NCBI RefSeq assembly: GCF_001194135.2
Contig: NC_068995.1
Location: forward strand, 37,593,219-37,636,288
Source: Octopus bimaculoides
Lineage: Eukaryota
DNA length: 43,070 nucleotides
Direction: 5' to 3'
Both the position numbers and the translations under genes were made by a program. Of this stretch, positions 1-12,589 are shown piece by piece (the first letter of the stretch is position 1; the number at the start of each line of letters is the position of its first letter). The notes beneath the pieces were generated by a model that did no database searches, was not told the DNA's origin, and was given only the letters and a program-made list of their open reading frames with translations.

Positions 1-18
1 ATATATATATATATACAC

Positions 19-69
<51 letters not shown>
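1..69. repeat. (TA)n/(TG)n microsatellite
   Basis: Direct reading of the sequence. Confidence 0.95.
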
Positions 70-70
<1 letters not shown>

Positions 71-101
71 ATCTATGTGTGTCAAGTTAATCTATAGCAA
101 T

Positions 102-526
102 ATATATCGAATAGAACATTAGATGCGCCAAGCTTAAAATACCAGAGGAACATAACAAGAAAACAAAGAAACAAATCTTAAACAATCACACAAAGAACAT
201 AAAAAGTATGTCAAGTTACTAATAAGAAAAATATACAGCATCTTCATGTATTATATATACATAATACATCTTATACAGAATATAGAAATTATGTCAAGTT
301 ACCGACAAGAAGAAAAGTACACAGCATCTAGATGTGTCTTATATGTGTGTATGTATATATATATATAATGCCTCTAGATGCTACTTATTTTTCTTCTTAT
401 CAGTAACCTGACATAATGTCTATGTTCTGTTTCCTTGTGTGCTTGTTTAAAATCTGTTTATTTGTTTTGTTTTTATATTCCTGTGGTATTTTAAGCTTGG
501 CGCAGCCAATCTTCCATTCGATATAT
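102..526. repeat. Foldback (long inverted repeat), arms ~102-243 and ~373-526
   Basis: Perfect 20-mer GCGCCAAGCTTAAAATACCA (125-144) is the reverse complement of 484-503; outer ATATATCGAATAGAA pairs with TTCCATTCGATATAT; inner arm segment is duplicated at 290-334. Confidence 0.8.
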
Positions 527-570
527 TTTCTGTAGAAAATTGGCACAGATAGTTGTGTACACATGCATAC

Positions 571-615
571 GTACATACATACATACATACATACATGCAC
601 ACAGACAAACACACA

Positions 616-710
<95 letters not shown>
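571..710. repeat. (TACA)n-(CA)n-(TA)n compound microsatellite
   Basis: Direct reading; explains the overlapping CVCV/HTHT ORFs. Confidence 0.95.
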
Positions 711-711
<1 letters not shown>

Positions 712-964
712 TCCATAGCCATCAGATAGTCTGCCTGTCTGTCTCTCTCTATTTCTTTGTGGATGCATCGTATGTGAATTGTAGCAAATCTGAAGGAATA
801 GTTTGGGTACAGAGAATTGATGGTTTAAGCAGGAACAACCGAGGGAATGGAAGAAGGAGGAGACGAAAAGAAAAAAGGAGGAAAAGGAAAAGATGAAGGA
901 GGAAGAGAAGTAGGAGTAGGGAAAGAAGGGGAGAAGGAGAAAGAAAGAAAAGAAAAATACAGGA

Positions 965-1228
965 CATTAATTACATTATTTACAATTGACAGATATTTGT
1001 CCTCATCTTGCTTGTTGCAAACACAACGTTTCGGCTGATATACCCTCCAGCTTTTATAAGGTGTCTTGGGGAAATTTCGAAGCTGGGTTCTCATTCCTAA
1101 GGTATTTTTTGATGTTGTTATTATCATTATTATTATTATTATTATTCAGGTCACTGCCTGGGATCGAACTCGGAATCTTCGGGTTAGTATTCTGTGCTCT
1201 TAACCACTACGCCTTATGCCCGTGGGCA
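965..1228 (-). mobile_element. tRNA-headed, hammerhead-containing short retroelement, copy 1 (ribozyme core decayed)
   Basis: Minus strand: GGCGTAGTGGTTAAG (A box), GTTCGATCCC (B box), (AAT)n, then GACAC-CTTATAA-A-AGCTG..CAGCC-GAAAC-GTT-GTGTT. Colinear with 15601-15850. Confidence 0.8.
1020..1065 (-). ncRNA. Degenerate minimal type I hammerhead ribozyme
   Basis: Same stems as 15748-15793, but core CUUAUAA replaces CUGAUGA (two substitutions), so probably inactive. Confidence 0.6.
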
Positions 1229-1250
1229 ATTATGGAGTGAATTTTAGGGA

Positions 1251-1760
1251 TTATAAATCTAATATTCTCCTATCCTTCCTCAATACTGTTTCCCATATAC
1301 TGTTCCTATCTGCACTCGGTCTGCTTAGGAGGTTGTTGTGTCCTAGCATAAGTGCTGCTTCTTTTAGTCTTCGTATTTTCCAGTGGTGTTTTCTGGCCAT
1401 TATTTTAACTTCATCCCACAGAGGGAGGTGGTCTCCATTTTTCCATACATGATCAGCTATACCCGATTTATCAATATCTCCCCTAGTCACAGCTTTGCGA
1501 TGTTCCTCTACCCCTATTTTAAGGGGGAGGCCAATGCTTTGTCGAACGGTTAATTGTTGCTAACCTTAGTCTGGTCCTGACCTTGCATGCATGGTCATTG
1601 ACTACATAATTAAGTGCTGCTATTCTCTGAAGGACAGTTCCGTGCGATTTCAGAAAGATCTAACAGTTGCTTGACTGTTTCAATGTGTAGTTCCTTTAGT
1701 GGATTCCCTCTTCTCGACTTGCTGAAGAATGTTGTTACTATTAATTCTTATCTTCTATTC
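1251..1760 (-). mobile_element. Penelope-like element 3' fragment: GIY-YIG endonuclease C-terminus (pseudogenised)
   Basis: Translation GLPLKIGVEEHRKAVTRGDIDKSGIADHVWKNGDHLPLWDEVKIMARKHHWKIRRLKEAALMLGHNNLLSRPS matches the PLE pattern G.T.R.L..R..EH...KS..A.H....H...W..V.I....W..R...EA. Confidence 0.8.
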
Positions 1761-2389
1761 AGCCAAAGTTTGATAATGAGACAATAAATTACTACAAAAC
1801 TAACTAATTTTACATAGTAGATATGCCATTCAATCTGCCGTAAGGAAAAGAGAAATAAATATATGATTGGCGGTAAGTCAAATCAAATACGATTATACAT
1901 GAAGAGTGAAATACAACATTGATATCAAATGATATTTTGTGTAATTATTTCATATAATTAAATGAACAGACAGTTAAGTTACCAAGAAAGGTTTGCAGAT
2001 ATAAATAGATATACCTCGATAGAACTTCAGACGATGTCTCAAAATTGCAAGACTGCTCACATGTATCAATTATTATCATTCTAAACACTCTCAGACTCAT
2101 TCATGTAGCACTGATACATACACAAACTACACTCGCACACACGTATTTGTGTGTATTTGTGATTGATATACATGTAGAATTACTTGTAGTGACGTGCGAT
2201 GTTATGAATCCTCTGCCAGTTTCAACGGTGGATATTCAGTTTTCCACTCAATTGAATTATGACTACTCGATAAATGAGCATGCGAACAACTGATTATTCC
2301 AGACACGTATTCTGTAAACGTAATTGTGAGGCCGAATCAGGTTAACATTATGTGTCAAAATGATAAATTTGACTTTTGCATACGGTCCA

Positions 2390-2395
2390 GAGAGA

Positions 2396-2470
<75 letters not shown>
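2390..2470. repeat. (AG)n microsatellite followed by purine-rich low-complexity tract
   Basis: Direct reading. Confidence 0.95.
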
Positions 2471-3721
2471 AAAGAGAGAGAGAAAGGAAGAGAGAACGAA
2501 AGAGAAAGAAGGAGAAAAGACGGAGAAATTGAGAAGGAAGGAGAGAAAAAGAGAAAGAATGGGAGAGGGAAAAAGAGAAAATCTTCTGACAATCGGTAAG
2601 AAGGGTGCCTTCCTAGTATTACATTGGTGTTTACTGACACGGAAAGAAACTCGGGGCATAGAAAGCGGGAACAAATATTGCAAAATATCTTATCCGATGC
2701 TCCAATAACTCCGCTCATTGTCTTTATTGTGAGACATATCATGTTTTAATCAATTACTAAAATATTTCTAAAATATCCAATGCGTAGATGTAAATACTTA
2801 TCTATCAGTATTTACTTATGTAAATTCTGTGAAGTTTTCAGTTTTGTTTTGAAACCACATAATTCACGGCTCGATCCAAGTGCGCAGCACAAATACCTTC
2901 ATTCATATACTTTAGTAAATAGAGCACTAACTTATAAGTTTTTATAACAGTAAAATCCCTATTATCCGTTTCTCAAATAACCGTAACTCTCAAGGAGGGG
3001 AGTGTCGGAAAAAAATGAAATAAAATGTGTTGTTAGTACAGTAAAAAAAAAAAATTATAATAAATTATGTTAATCAATTATTTGTTATTAATTGAAAAAA
3101 AAAAACAAGTTCTACTGAATATATCATAATTAGACTGTTCGTTCCCTAAATACAGTACATTAAGAAATTTCAGTGGATTTGTAGCACCCGGAATTTATTA
3201 GGTTAACGAAATTTGTTCTTCACTTAAATTATATATTCATGTCTCATTTTTACTATATTCACAGTTTTAATGACGAGATTTTAAGCAAATGTAAAATGTG
3301 ATAATCAGTCATTGGGACGTTTCATCTATCCAACAATATTCCACTCCCATTATTGACGCATTGGATGGAGTTTACAATATATGCATTCTTAAACTACATA
3401 TGTTTATATATACCATATTTCTTATTACTGATTCAGGCAATATCTTTATCATTTCTGCCACTACTCAGTACTGGTCACCTCGTCTGCCAGAGATGACCAA
3501 GTGTGTTTCAAAAAATTTGATATCATTTGAAATGTAAATATCACAGAAACTACATAGTCAAAGCGAATGAAACTAAACAGGCTTAATGTTGAGCAACCTA
3601 AGATTTATTTTCTCAAAAATTGAATGAGAAATTTGCTCTATATTATTTTCAGGAGTGAGGTACCTGAACTGTAGTCTCTTTTAAAATGAGTTTCGCAACT
3701 AAGGAAGAAATTAACACTGCT

Positions 3722-4385
3722 TTCCTATTCACAGCTATCTTTCCATAGTTTGATAACAGTTCTCAAAAGTTGTTCATCAGCATTTTTAGTGAGTTCGGTG
3801 TACAGTTCTTCATCGATGGGTTTATATTTTTGTTCGTTATTCGATGCTCCCTGTTTAAGTAACTCAGTTTCTATTTTCATTTACTCTAGCGCTAATTTCT
3901 CCCTAAGTTGCTTTATTGTTCGAGCTCTTCTGTGATTGGTTAGATTTGTAGCTTGCGTGGCAGTGTTAATGGTGTTGTGTTCATCCATTTTTCATATATT
4001 TCTGCCTTGTAATTATTATTTATCCCTTTCCAAACAGAGAAGATTTTAGCGTGTAGGTTTTTGGACAAATATGTCTAATGTAGCTTTTAATTAAATGTGC
4101 TGACATTGGTATATTTTCATGATGGCTTTGGTATTTTGGGGATGATTCGTTTTCAAAACTGTTTGTAAAAATTGAGTGCAATGTTGAGCATAGTTCGTTC
4201 AAATTTTGAATCACATATGTAGATTGTCTCCTTTGTTCATTTTCAGTTGCTTTTCAGGTGCAGTAATTTAACCTATCAGTTTTGTAAATTAGAATAACTA
4301 GGTTTGATTTAATTTCTTTTAATTCATTCGAAATGTCCATGCTGATAATTTTATTCAGTGTGTTTGTGGTAGGTTTCGGTGGCAT
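3722..4385 (-). mobile_element. Decayed retroelement ORF N-terminus, probably Penelope-like
   Basis: ATG at 4385 (MPPKPTTNTLNKIISMDISNELKEIK...), then broken frames with RRARTIKQLREKLALE*MKIETELLKQ...DEELYTELTKNADEQLLRTVIKLWKDSCE. A PLE-type hammerhead motif lies ~170 bp upstream on the same strand. The family call rests mainly on that motif and recalled similarity. Confidence 0.5.
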
Positions 4386-4554
4386 TTTCTGTTCCACGTG
4401 TGGAATAGTAGTAAGAGCAAGGAAGAGGAGAATTTCAATTATCTCCACGTGGTGAGGTGTAATGCAAAATTTATATATATGTAAAATAAAAGGAGGAAAA
4501 TGCACACAGTTTACATAGTTTTAATATATTTTATAAGTGAAAGAGAACTGTGTT

Positions 4555-4587
4555 TGTCGACCGGTTTCGCTTTCGCTAATCATAACA
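4555..4587 (-). ncRNA. Degenerate minimal type I hammerhead ribozyme (PLE type)
   Basis: Minus strand TGTT-ATGATTA-GC-GAAA-GC-GAAAC-CG-GTC-GACA: stem I TGTT/GACA, 2-bp stem II with GAAA loop, palindromic ACCGGT stem III, GUC site. Two core mismatches versus CUGAUGA. Confidence 0.6.
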
Positions 4588-5208
4588 TTGAAATTATTGT
4601 AAGTCCGTATGTTCTTAAGATTTTAGTCCTTGTTCTCCGAAGGATGTTTGTGAATAAATCAACAAATTCAAAAATTTAAGGAGAGGTAATTGGTGATCGT
4701 TATTATTCGGGACAGGGTTGGTAATCGTTCATTTTTTGGGGATGGCTGATAAATAAATATACAATAACACAAAAGTTAAAGTAGTGAGACGAAATATGTA
4801 TAGTGATGGATATGTCATCATGAATTCAAATATTTACTGAGTCCAATGTTGGTTATGCGTTCATATTTAGGCGTGTTCTGTATTTTTTGATGAATATTTT
4901 TTTAAACGTTCTTGTACAGAAAGTGTTCCCCTAGTAGATGGGGAACACGGTGAAGTTTGGTTGGATATTACCTGCTCATCTCACTATGTGTTCACTCAAA
5001 GAAATCTGTCTGTACTTTGCGAAAGGGATCTCTTCCTTATGTAGTGTGGTTCTCCATCTAAGTGCAATAACTGTCAGTACTATACAGATATATCCACAAC
5101 CTGAACAAGTTATAACATAAATTAGATTGTCGGAAGCACAAGTGATTGGTTATAATTGTGAACCTGTCCTTCTTTGAATAGGAATTCTGAGCGTTCCATT
5201 AGGTTCAT

Positions 5209-5550
<342 letters not shown>

Positions 5551-6638
5551 TATTAATTTAACAAGGAATAATTTTTATTCTCATATACCATTTCCATATT
5601 TACGTTTATATCTTTTGATCTTAGTTACTTGATTTATCATTCATAGTTCTATGTATTTTTGTATCGATGGCATTGCCATATTTGTTTACTGTTTGTCTTA
5701 TCTGTTAATTCCCTTCCTTCATTAATATTGTATTTATAATTCCACTACTAAGTTTATGTAATGTATATTTAAATTTTGTATGGTTTCAATCTGAATGTTA
5801 CCTACTTTATTTTATTTTATAATTTATAATTTATCTAGATTACATATCCTTCAATTATTTCTCAAAATCATTTAAAACTTAAAAATAAAAATAAATATAA
5901 TTATTTGATACGGTTAATCACAATGATTTAAATTATGTAGATGAAAAACCATATTTTACTAGACTTACCTCCCTTTGACCATTAATTTGTATTTCTGCAA
6001 GATCTATAATAGGTAATTTTTCTTTTCATTTCTTTTCTTCTCAAACCTCTAACGGTTTTCTTATTTGATGAAACTGCGTCATAAGCATGTCGTCACTTAG
6101 TATCCTAGGTTAACAATTGTACTTAGTTATTCTACTATATAACGGTTTTCTTAACCGATATTGCAAGCAGTTTCAATATGTTCATGACGAAACAACCCGA
6201 TTAGAACTTCTCTACATACATGTAATTTATATACAAATAATAATGTTGTCTGTTGTAAATTAATGTAACTTGGCCCTGAAGAGATGGGAGGCCGTGATAT
6301 CTTATCTTAGACAAGAGTAAGTCGGGATCTTGCATCAAAATGTGCATAGGATAATAAACAAGTTTTATTAATATATAGGATTGCGTCATGGCTCTTATTT
6401 CAATTGATATGCACCCCAAATTGTATCACCTTTACGAAAGTCATTATATTTAAACCAATAATAAACAACTTTTCAAGTGAGAACTTTGCTACTTTGGTAA
6501 CAGTTACAATACTTATCTTACCATAATCTTTGGTAGATATTTAAATACGCATACGCATATATANNNNNNNNNNNNNNNNNNNNNNNNNNNNNNNNNNACA
6601 TATATATATATATATATATTATTATTTTTATATGTCTA

Positions 6639-6857
6639 CGAGGTGGTTAACTGAAACGTTTTCGACTTTAGCGGTTTCGCGAAAGGCCAGGCTGGTGGTC
6701 CATCATTCCGAGCTCTTTTACAATATTTAGGAAAACCGAAAGACCGCTGTAATAATTGTGTGAATCTAAGAAGTGAATATGTTGAATAAAATAATAATTA
6801 ACTGACCCTCCTGTATTTTCTTTTACCCAAAACCAGGAACTTTTCAGCACATCCTCG
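6639..6857 (+). mobile_element. Mariner-derived non-autonomous element (MITE)
   Basis: TA flanks at 6637-38 and 6858-59. Right TIR reads (revcomp) CGAGGATGTGCTGAAAAGTTCCTGG; left TIR is degenerate. Interior encodes KDRCNNCVNLRSEYVE*, like the mariner C-terminus RW.KC....GDYVE. Confidence 0.7.
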
Positions 6858-9689
6858 TATATAGATGAACGCATAATCTCTCTCTTCCCCATCTCTCTCT
6901 CACACGCTCTCTCTCTCTCTCTCTCTGTTTATCTAGTTTTAAATCCATTTAAAATTAATATTTTTATGAGCGTATCGAAAACTGTATAAAAGAAAGTATA
7001 AAGTCGTGATAATGATATGAATGAAGTTAATTGATGAAACACATGAATAAATTAGATATTACAGAAAACACAGGGAATTGTTAATGAGATATTTGAAAGT
7101 GGTTATGAATAACTAAATAGTAATAGAGTAAATTTTGTTACAAGTAATTATTAGGCTGCAAGAAATATTATCAAATCATTACATCGTAAGATAAATCTTA
7201 ATACAAATAATAACGAATCAGAATTTAGGTGCTACTAATTCAAATAAATAGCTTTAGCAAAACATATACCATATAAAACAACGTTGCATTTAAATAAATT
7301 TCAAAACTGCATAAAAGTTATGATTCCAAGTAAGATATGGTATCTCTAGTATATTTCTAGTCATTACTAAGTAAACATTAGCCGGGAGACTTTTCCTGAG
7401 TGCATTCCATCAAACATTGATCTTTATACATAATTTAAGTCGAAAAACGTACATTGGTGGCATCCGATTTCGCTTGAATTGGGATAAAATAAGCACAAGA
7501 GTTAGAAACATATTACTATTAAAGTGACCATGTGCAGGTGCCAGTTGTTATAGAAATTAAGACAATTATCCCAGAAACACTTTTTAATAGACCCAAACTA
7601 GAACACCCTTTTTGAATGTTATCCACAAATAGTGAGTGATAACTAGAATATATATAAGGCTGTATATATATAGGTTATCACAGTTAATAGATGTGAATAT
7701 ACGAATGTATTGCCTTAATTTAAGTTGTAATTGTGCTTTTGGTATATAGCGTCAATGATTTATTGATGATCTTGATATATAGCGTCAATAATTCTTTGAT
7801 CATTTCATTGAAATCTTTTCAAAGAAATTCAGAAAATTAGGCCACTTTTGTTTTTAAATAAATCAAACATGTTCATAGTTCATAGTATTTTCCGTATATT
7901 TCTAATATTTGAATAAGTATTTATGACAAGCCCTAATAAAACACTCGCAATTCATAGAGCGTGCGTGCACAACAAATAGATTTTATCCCGTACATGGCTG
8001 CTAATGAATTTGGCGAATTGCAATTTGGAATGTTTGCTTGAGGAAGAATTGAACTCATTATCTAAAATGACCGTCATATCAAGTTTTCTGCCATTACACC
8101 ACCTGTCGTCCATTTGTAGCTAAATATCTTACATCGTGGAAAAGTTGAGGAAACCCTTTTGCTTTAGTTGGAAGAAACTTCAATATATTTACATGTTGGC
8201 ATTTCTTCAAAGAGTAAGTTATCTGAGTGTTTGGGGGATAGTTATGCAAAAGAGAGAAGCTTTTCTTAAGTTGACGTAATTTTCTATGTACTTCCATATG
8301 TAAAAAAAAAAAAAGATTTGTGTATATTTAACACCATCCACAAACGCGAAAAACGTACCGAAAACACTTTATAGTTTCTGCCAACACGTTATAGATTCTG
8401 CTATTTCTATATTTATTTACTTGTTTCCTTTAATGATACTTGGCTTAAATCCGTAAGTATCCATTTAGTGGCTTTCTTTCCCTGTCTTCTGATGTGATGC
8501 TCTCACGCTATATATACANNNNNNNNNNNNNNNNNNNNNNNNNNNNNNNNNNNNNNNNNNNNNNNNNNNNNNNNNNNNNNNNNNNNNNNNNNNNNNNNNN
8601 NNNNNNNNNNNNNNNNNNNNNNNNNNNNNNNNNNNNNNNNNNNNNNNNNNNNNNNNNNNNNNNNNNNNNNNNNNNNNNNNNNNNNNNNNNNNNNNNNNNN
8701 NNNNNNNNNNNNNNNNNNNNNNAGAGAGAGAGAGAGAGAGAGATACTAGCAAACGCACCCGTCCTTTGGAATGTTTAAGTTGCACTTTAATGATCATAGA
8801 ACGTATAACTTTGCAAGCGGTGCAGAATAGAACTAGTGAAGTATTTGGGGAATAGATTATGGATAATAAATACCAAATATAGTTGTTTTACATGAAAGTG
8901 AAGTTTCTTGTCAGGAACAGCCACTTAAAGGTAATTGAAGGAAAACGTTGAAACTTCTCCTCTGCGAGTTTATTGTATTAAAAAGCAATGAGAGCTATTT
9001 TTCGGAGAGACGTATAATTGGTATGTTAAAAAATAGCAATAAAATATCTACTTGAAAACGTTGAGTTTAAGGAATGTATTTGCTACATGCCTACAGCACA
9101 CGTCCACTCTGAAGTTGACTTCAGATAACGAAAAAAGACGACATAAAGAATTTGACTTCTGTTCCCGAATACGGCTTTGATTCTTTAGCAGTTCGCAGTG
9201 AAAAGATATCGCGTTCGAAATATAATGGAGGGATGAATAAGCATCCTTAAAATGAAACAACGCACTGATAGGTAAACAAAGGTATCAAAAAATAGAGGGA
9301 AGAGAACATCACCTTTCAAGTAATCCAGAATAGGTAAAGATAAGTTTACCAATATTTAATGCAGTTTAAATATGGAGATTGACATTGTTTAGTATTGGAT
9401 ATTCAGTGCGTACAGTGTTCCTAGACAATTTAACCATTGGCGCAGTTGGATAGTCGAAATAAATAGACAAAAAAATCCATTCACTTTCATAATATTCCCT
9501 AACCAAATAAGAAGTACAATATATAAATAAGCAATAAACAAAAAATGTGAAAACCACTACAAAATATTCTCTAATGCCAATATACGACCATATAAATTAA
9601 ACAAGTATGGAAGACCCTACATGCAACCAGACTATGTACATACTACAAATTAGAGAAAACCCGTGTAAACCACCTTTTTCCCGGTTTCT

Positions 9690-9850
9690 CCATTTACGCG
9701 GGAGCTCTGTGCAAAATGCTATAGGGTATGACCATCCCTGGGACATAAGTAATGTGTATGTAAAGTTTGTGTATGAAAATCGGTTGAGAATTGTGGAAAT
9801 ATATGCGTTAGTCAATATACACACACATACTGTGATTTATATATACTGTG
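9690..9850 (+). mobile_element. Possible Helentron/HINE-like non-autonomous element end
   Basis: ATGTAAAGTTTGTGTATGAAAATCGGTTGAGAATTGTGG followed by a short (AC)n resembles the 3' region of such elements as I recall them; no termini verified. Confidence 0.3.
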
Positions 9851-10004
9851 TATACACAGATATTCAGGAAGTACACACAATAAAGTTTCAAAATTTCTGA
9901 TCTAAGGGTCTTAACATGTTTTCAGCGGTGTAGAATTTACAATGTAATTATTCCTTTTCATTTCAGGTGCCATTATATTAAATATTTGGGAAGAATAACC
10001 ATAC

Positions 10005-10125
10005 CAGCATAAAAAGATTCAGCAGAACTGTCAAATTTTCAAAGAGGTCGTGTTGTTGGGCAATCTAAGGCTGGTCTTAGCCAGCGAAAAATTGCCGAAA
10101 ATCTTCAAAATTCCTCTTCAAAATC
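10005..10125 (+). mobile_element. Tc1 transposase N-terminal (HTH) fragment
   Basis: KDSAELSNFQRGRVVGQSKAGLSQRKIAENLQ matches the Tc1 start pattern LS.FQRG.IVG....G.S.R.IA..L. Confidence 0.7.
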
Positions 10126-10260
10126 ATCAAAATTCTTCAGCGTAGCCGCACTCAATTTAGTGTAACAAATAAAAGAATATATATACGCATACATATATGC
10201 ATATAAAATCTGCATATACACTCACACACGCACACGCACACAGAGGCACACAGGCATATA

Positions 10261-10459
10261 TTCTTTTCTACTCTAGGCTCAAGGCCCGAAATTTTGGGGA
10301 GGGTGCCTGTCGATTAGATGGACCCCAGTACGTAACTGGTAGTTAATTTATCAACGCCAAAAGGATGAATGACAAAGTCGATCTCGGCGGAATGTTAACT
10401 CAGAACATAAAGATAGACGAAATACCGCTAAGCATTTCGCCCGGCATGCTAACGTTTCT
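10261..10459 (-). mobile_element. tRNA-derived SINE (tail type A)
   Basis: Head ...GAAACGTTAGCATGCCGGGCGAAATGCTTAGCGG, central GATCGACTTTGTCATTCATCCTTTTGGCG..ATAAAT..TACCAG, tail CCCTCCCCAAAATTTCGGGCCTTG. Homologous to other copies in the window. Confidence 0.8.
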
Positions 10460-10462
10460 CAG

Positions 10463-10690
10463 TTCTTTACTGCCCACAAGAAGCTACACAGAGGGGACAA
10501 ATAAGGAGAGACAAACGGATTAAGTCGATTATAGCGATCTCAGTGAGTAACTGGTTCCTATTTAATCGACCCCGAAAGGATAAAAGGCAAAGTCGACCTC
10601 GGTGCAATTTGAACTCAGAAGGTAGCGGCAGACGAAATGCCGCTAAGCATTTTGCCCGGGCTGCTAACGTTTCTGCCATCTCGCCGCCTT
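10463..10690 (-). mobile_element. tRNA-derived SINE (tail type B)
   Basis: AAGGCGGCGAGATGGCAGAAACGTTAGCAGCC head, GAGTTCAAATT B-box, GGTCGACTTTGCCTTTTATCCTTTCGGGGTCGATTAAAT core, distinct tail. Confidence 0.85.
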
Positions 10691-11057
10691 GCACACGAGC
10701 ATATATTATGAAAAAAGATTGACTTTCACTACTCAGAAATTTATCTTTCGTATTGTCAGTTTATTATGAAACAAATCAATGAGCATGTACAGATAGAGGG
10801 AGATTATATGTAGATAGGCCAATGTAGTCTCTCAAATTTTTGTAAGTTGAAAGAAGAAATGATGTGAACAAGAAGACAGGTAAAAAGAAAACAAATACGA
10901 CAGGAACATGAAGCTATTTATAGAATTAAACTTATCTACGGGTACGCCCAGGACAGAAAATCCAAACAATAGCATATTTACTCGTGTTCAATACTTCCTG
11001 TCACATTCAGACTTAAATAATTGATAGTTTTTACTTTTCCTCAACGGAGCACATTTC

Positions 11058-11700
11058 CAGTAGCGGCTAGTGGCTAAAATTAGCGGGGGTCTTGCTTCAA
11101 ACAATTTTTAGTCATTGTTTCAACATTTTGTAAAACGAAACAAACTTATAAAAAGAAAATTTACACATAAACTTAATAAAATTCTAAACACAAAAAAGAT
11201 GTTTTCCGTACTAATAAATTGTTATATTTCAAGTTTGATCCATTCATTTAAAAATGAAATCCACTCTGCTTTTTTTTTTACATTGAGAGAAAGGGTTAAT
11301 AATTTTCTACTTGATACTTGAGTGACTGTTGAGGATTTTGTTCTCCATTGAAACAGTGAAAGTGCATTTAGTCTTTTAGGATTCATACTGCTCCTTAAAA
11401 AAGTGTTTGTTTTGTTCATTGTTGAAAAGCAGAGTTCTGCTTCTGATATAGTCATGGGAATATGTCACGAGGATTTTTATCCGTTCCGTAATTTCATTAA
11501 GAACACCATCTAGATGATTTTACCACGATGAATTTCAGCAGCTCTCCATTTTGACGATATGAATTCATAACATACATGATTTACCTATGAAAGGGGGCAT
11601 TTAAACATCTCAGTATTTCGAGCTTATTGCATGTCTCCTAAATCAAAGCTGGTCTATACCGATTAATTTACCAAAAGTACAGGCTTCCGATAAGGGAGCA
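11058..11700 (-). mobile_element. hAT transposon remnant with C-terminal dimerisation domain
   Basis: PMTISEAELCFSTMNKTNTFLRSSMNPKRLNALSL (hAT SEAER.FS.L..IK..LR..M...RLN.L motif). TIR-like CAGTAGCGGCTAGTGG at 11058; other end not located. Confidence 0.75.
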
Positions 11701-12059
11701 TAGTTCTAAATTACAATGCATATTATGAACATTCTTTGTTCTACGTTTCACATAAACCACAATGTTTAAATTTAATTCACTGAATGATAACATTTTTCTC
11801 TTAAAACACTTTCTTGGCTATGGAAAGCCCGCTGTATCTATACACCATCGTACAGGCTAATTCCCCTCATTGAAAATTGAAATCAAGTATGAATCAAATT
11901 TAGAACATAAAACACAATTGAGCAGGACTTCAGATGAAGACAATTTGAAACTAATATGAAAAATCAACGTACATTGGTAAAAATATAATTTGGTTTCGTT
12001 ATTCATTGTCCTATATCAGCCCTAATTAAGCAGAAACCTTTGTGTGTGCGTGTGTGTGT

Positions 12060-12206
12060 GTGTGGTGGGGGGTAGGTCGACTATATTGCTTCCAGTGTTC
12101 AATTGGTACTTATTTGTCGAAACATTGAAAGGCAAATCCGGTCGGATTTGAATCCAGATGTGTAATCGGAGGAAATGACGTCAAGCAGTTTTTCCGGCGC
12201 AATAAC
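12060..12206 (-). mobile_element. Degenerate tRNA-SINE, truncated by gap
   Basis: GTCGACTATATTGCTTCCAGTGTTCAATTGGTACTTATTTGTCGA aligns with the SINE core of 10463-10690. Confidence 0.6.
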
Positions 12207-12484
12207 NNNNNNNNNNNNNNNNNNNNNNNNNNNNNNNNNNNNNNNNNNNNNNNNNNNNNNNNNNNNNNNNNNNNNNNNNNNNNNNNNNNNNNNNNNNNNN
12301 NNNNNNNNNNNNNNNNNNNNNNNNNNNNNNNNNNNNNNNNNNNNNNNNNNNNNNNNNNNNNNNNNNNNNNNNNNNNNNNNNNNNNNNNNNNNNNNNNNNN
12401 NNNNNNNNNNNNNNNNNNNNNNNNNNNNNNNNNNNNNNNNNNNNNNNNNNNNNNNNNNNNNNNNNNNNNGGGAATAGAGAAAGT

Positions 12485-12520
12485 CTTTGACGTTTCGAGC
12501 CTACGCTCTTCAGCTGAAAG
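12485..12520 (-). ncRNA. Variant minimal hammerhead-like motif
   Basis: CTTT-CAGCTGA-A-GAGC-GTAG-GCTC-GAAAC-GTC-AAAG: perfect 4-bp stem I and stem II, GAAAC/GUC with no loop. Core CAGCUGA differs from CUGAUGA at two positions. Confidence 0.55.
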
Positions 12521-12589
12521 GAACACAGAAAGAAATAAGGAGAGAATCAAGGAGAAAAAATATAAATGTAGTGGTCAGCGATCTATCAT

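Noticed and set aside
400-896. ORFs rich in CV/HT/YI, and equivalents at 2263-2742, 5122-5561, 16346, 34759, 39639 and 42291
   Set aside because: Translations of microsatellites.
4923-4948. Perfect 9-bp hairpin GTGTTCCCC/GGGGAACAC, possible Helitron 3' end
   Set aside because: No CTRR terminus at the expected distance on either strand.
6146-6192. Possible hammerhead relic on minus (ATGAA-CATATTG..CAATATC-GGTTAAGAAA)
   Set aside because: Needs deletions in both core segments; too degenerate to support.
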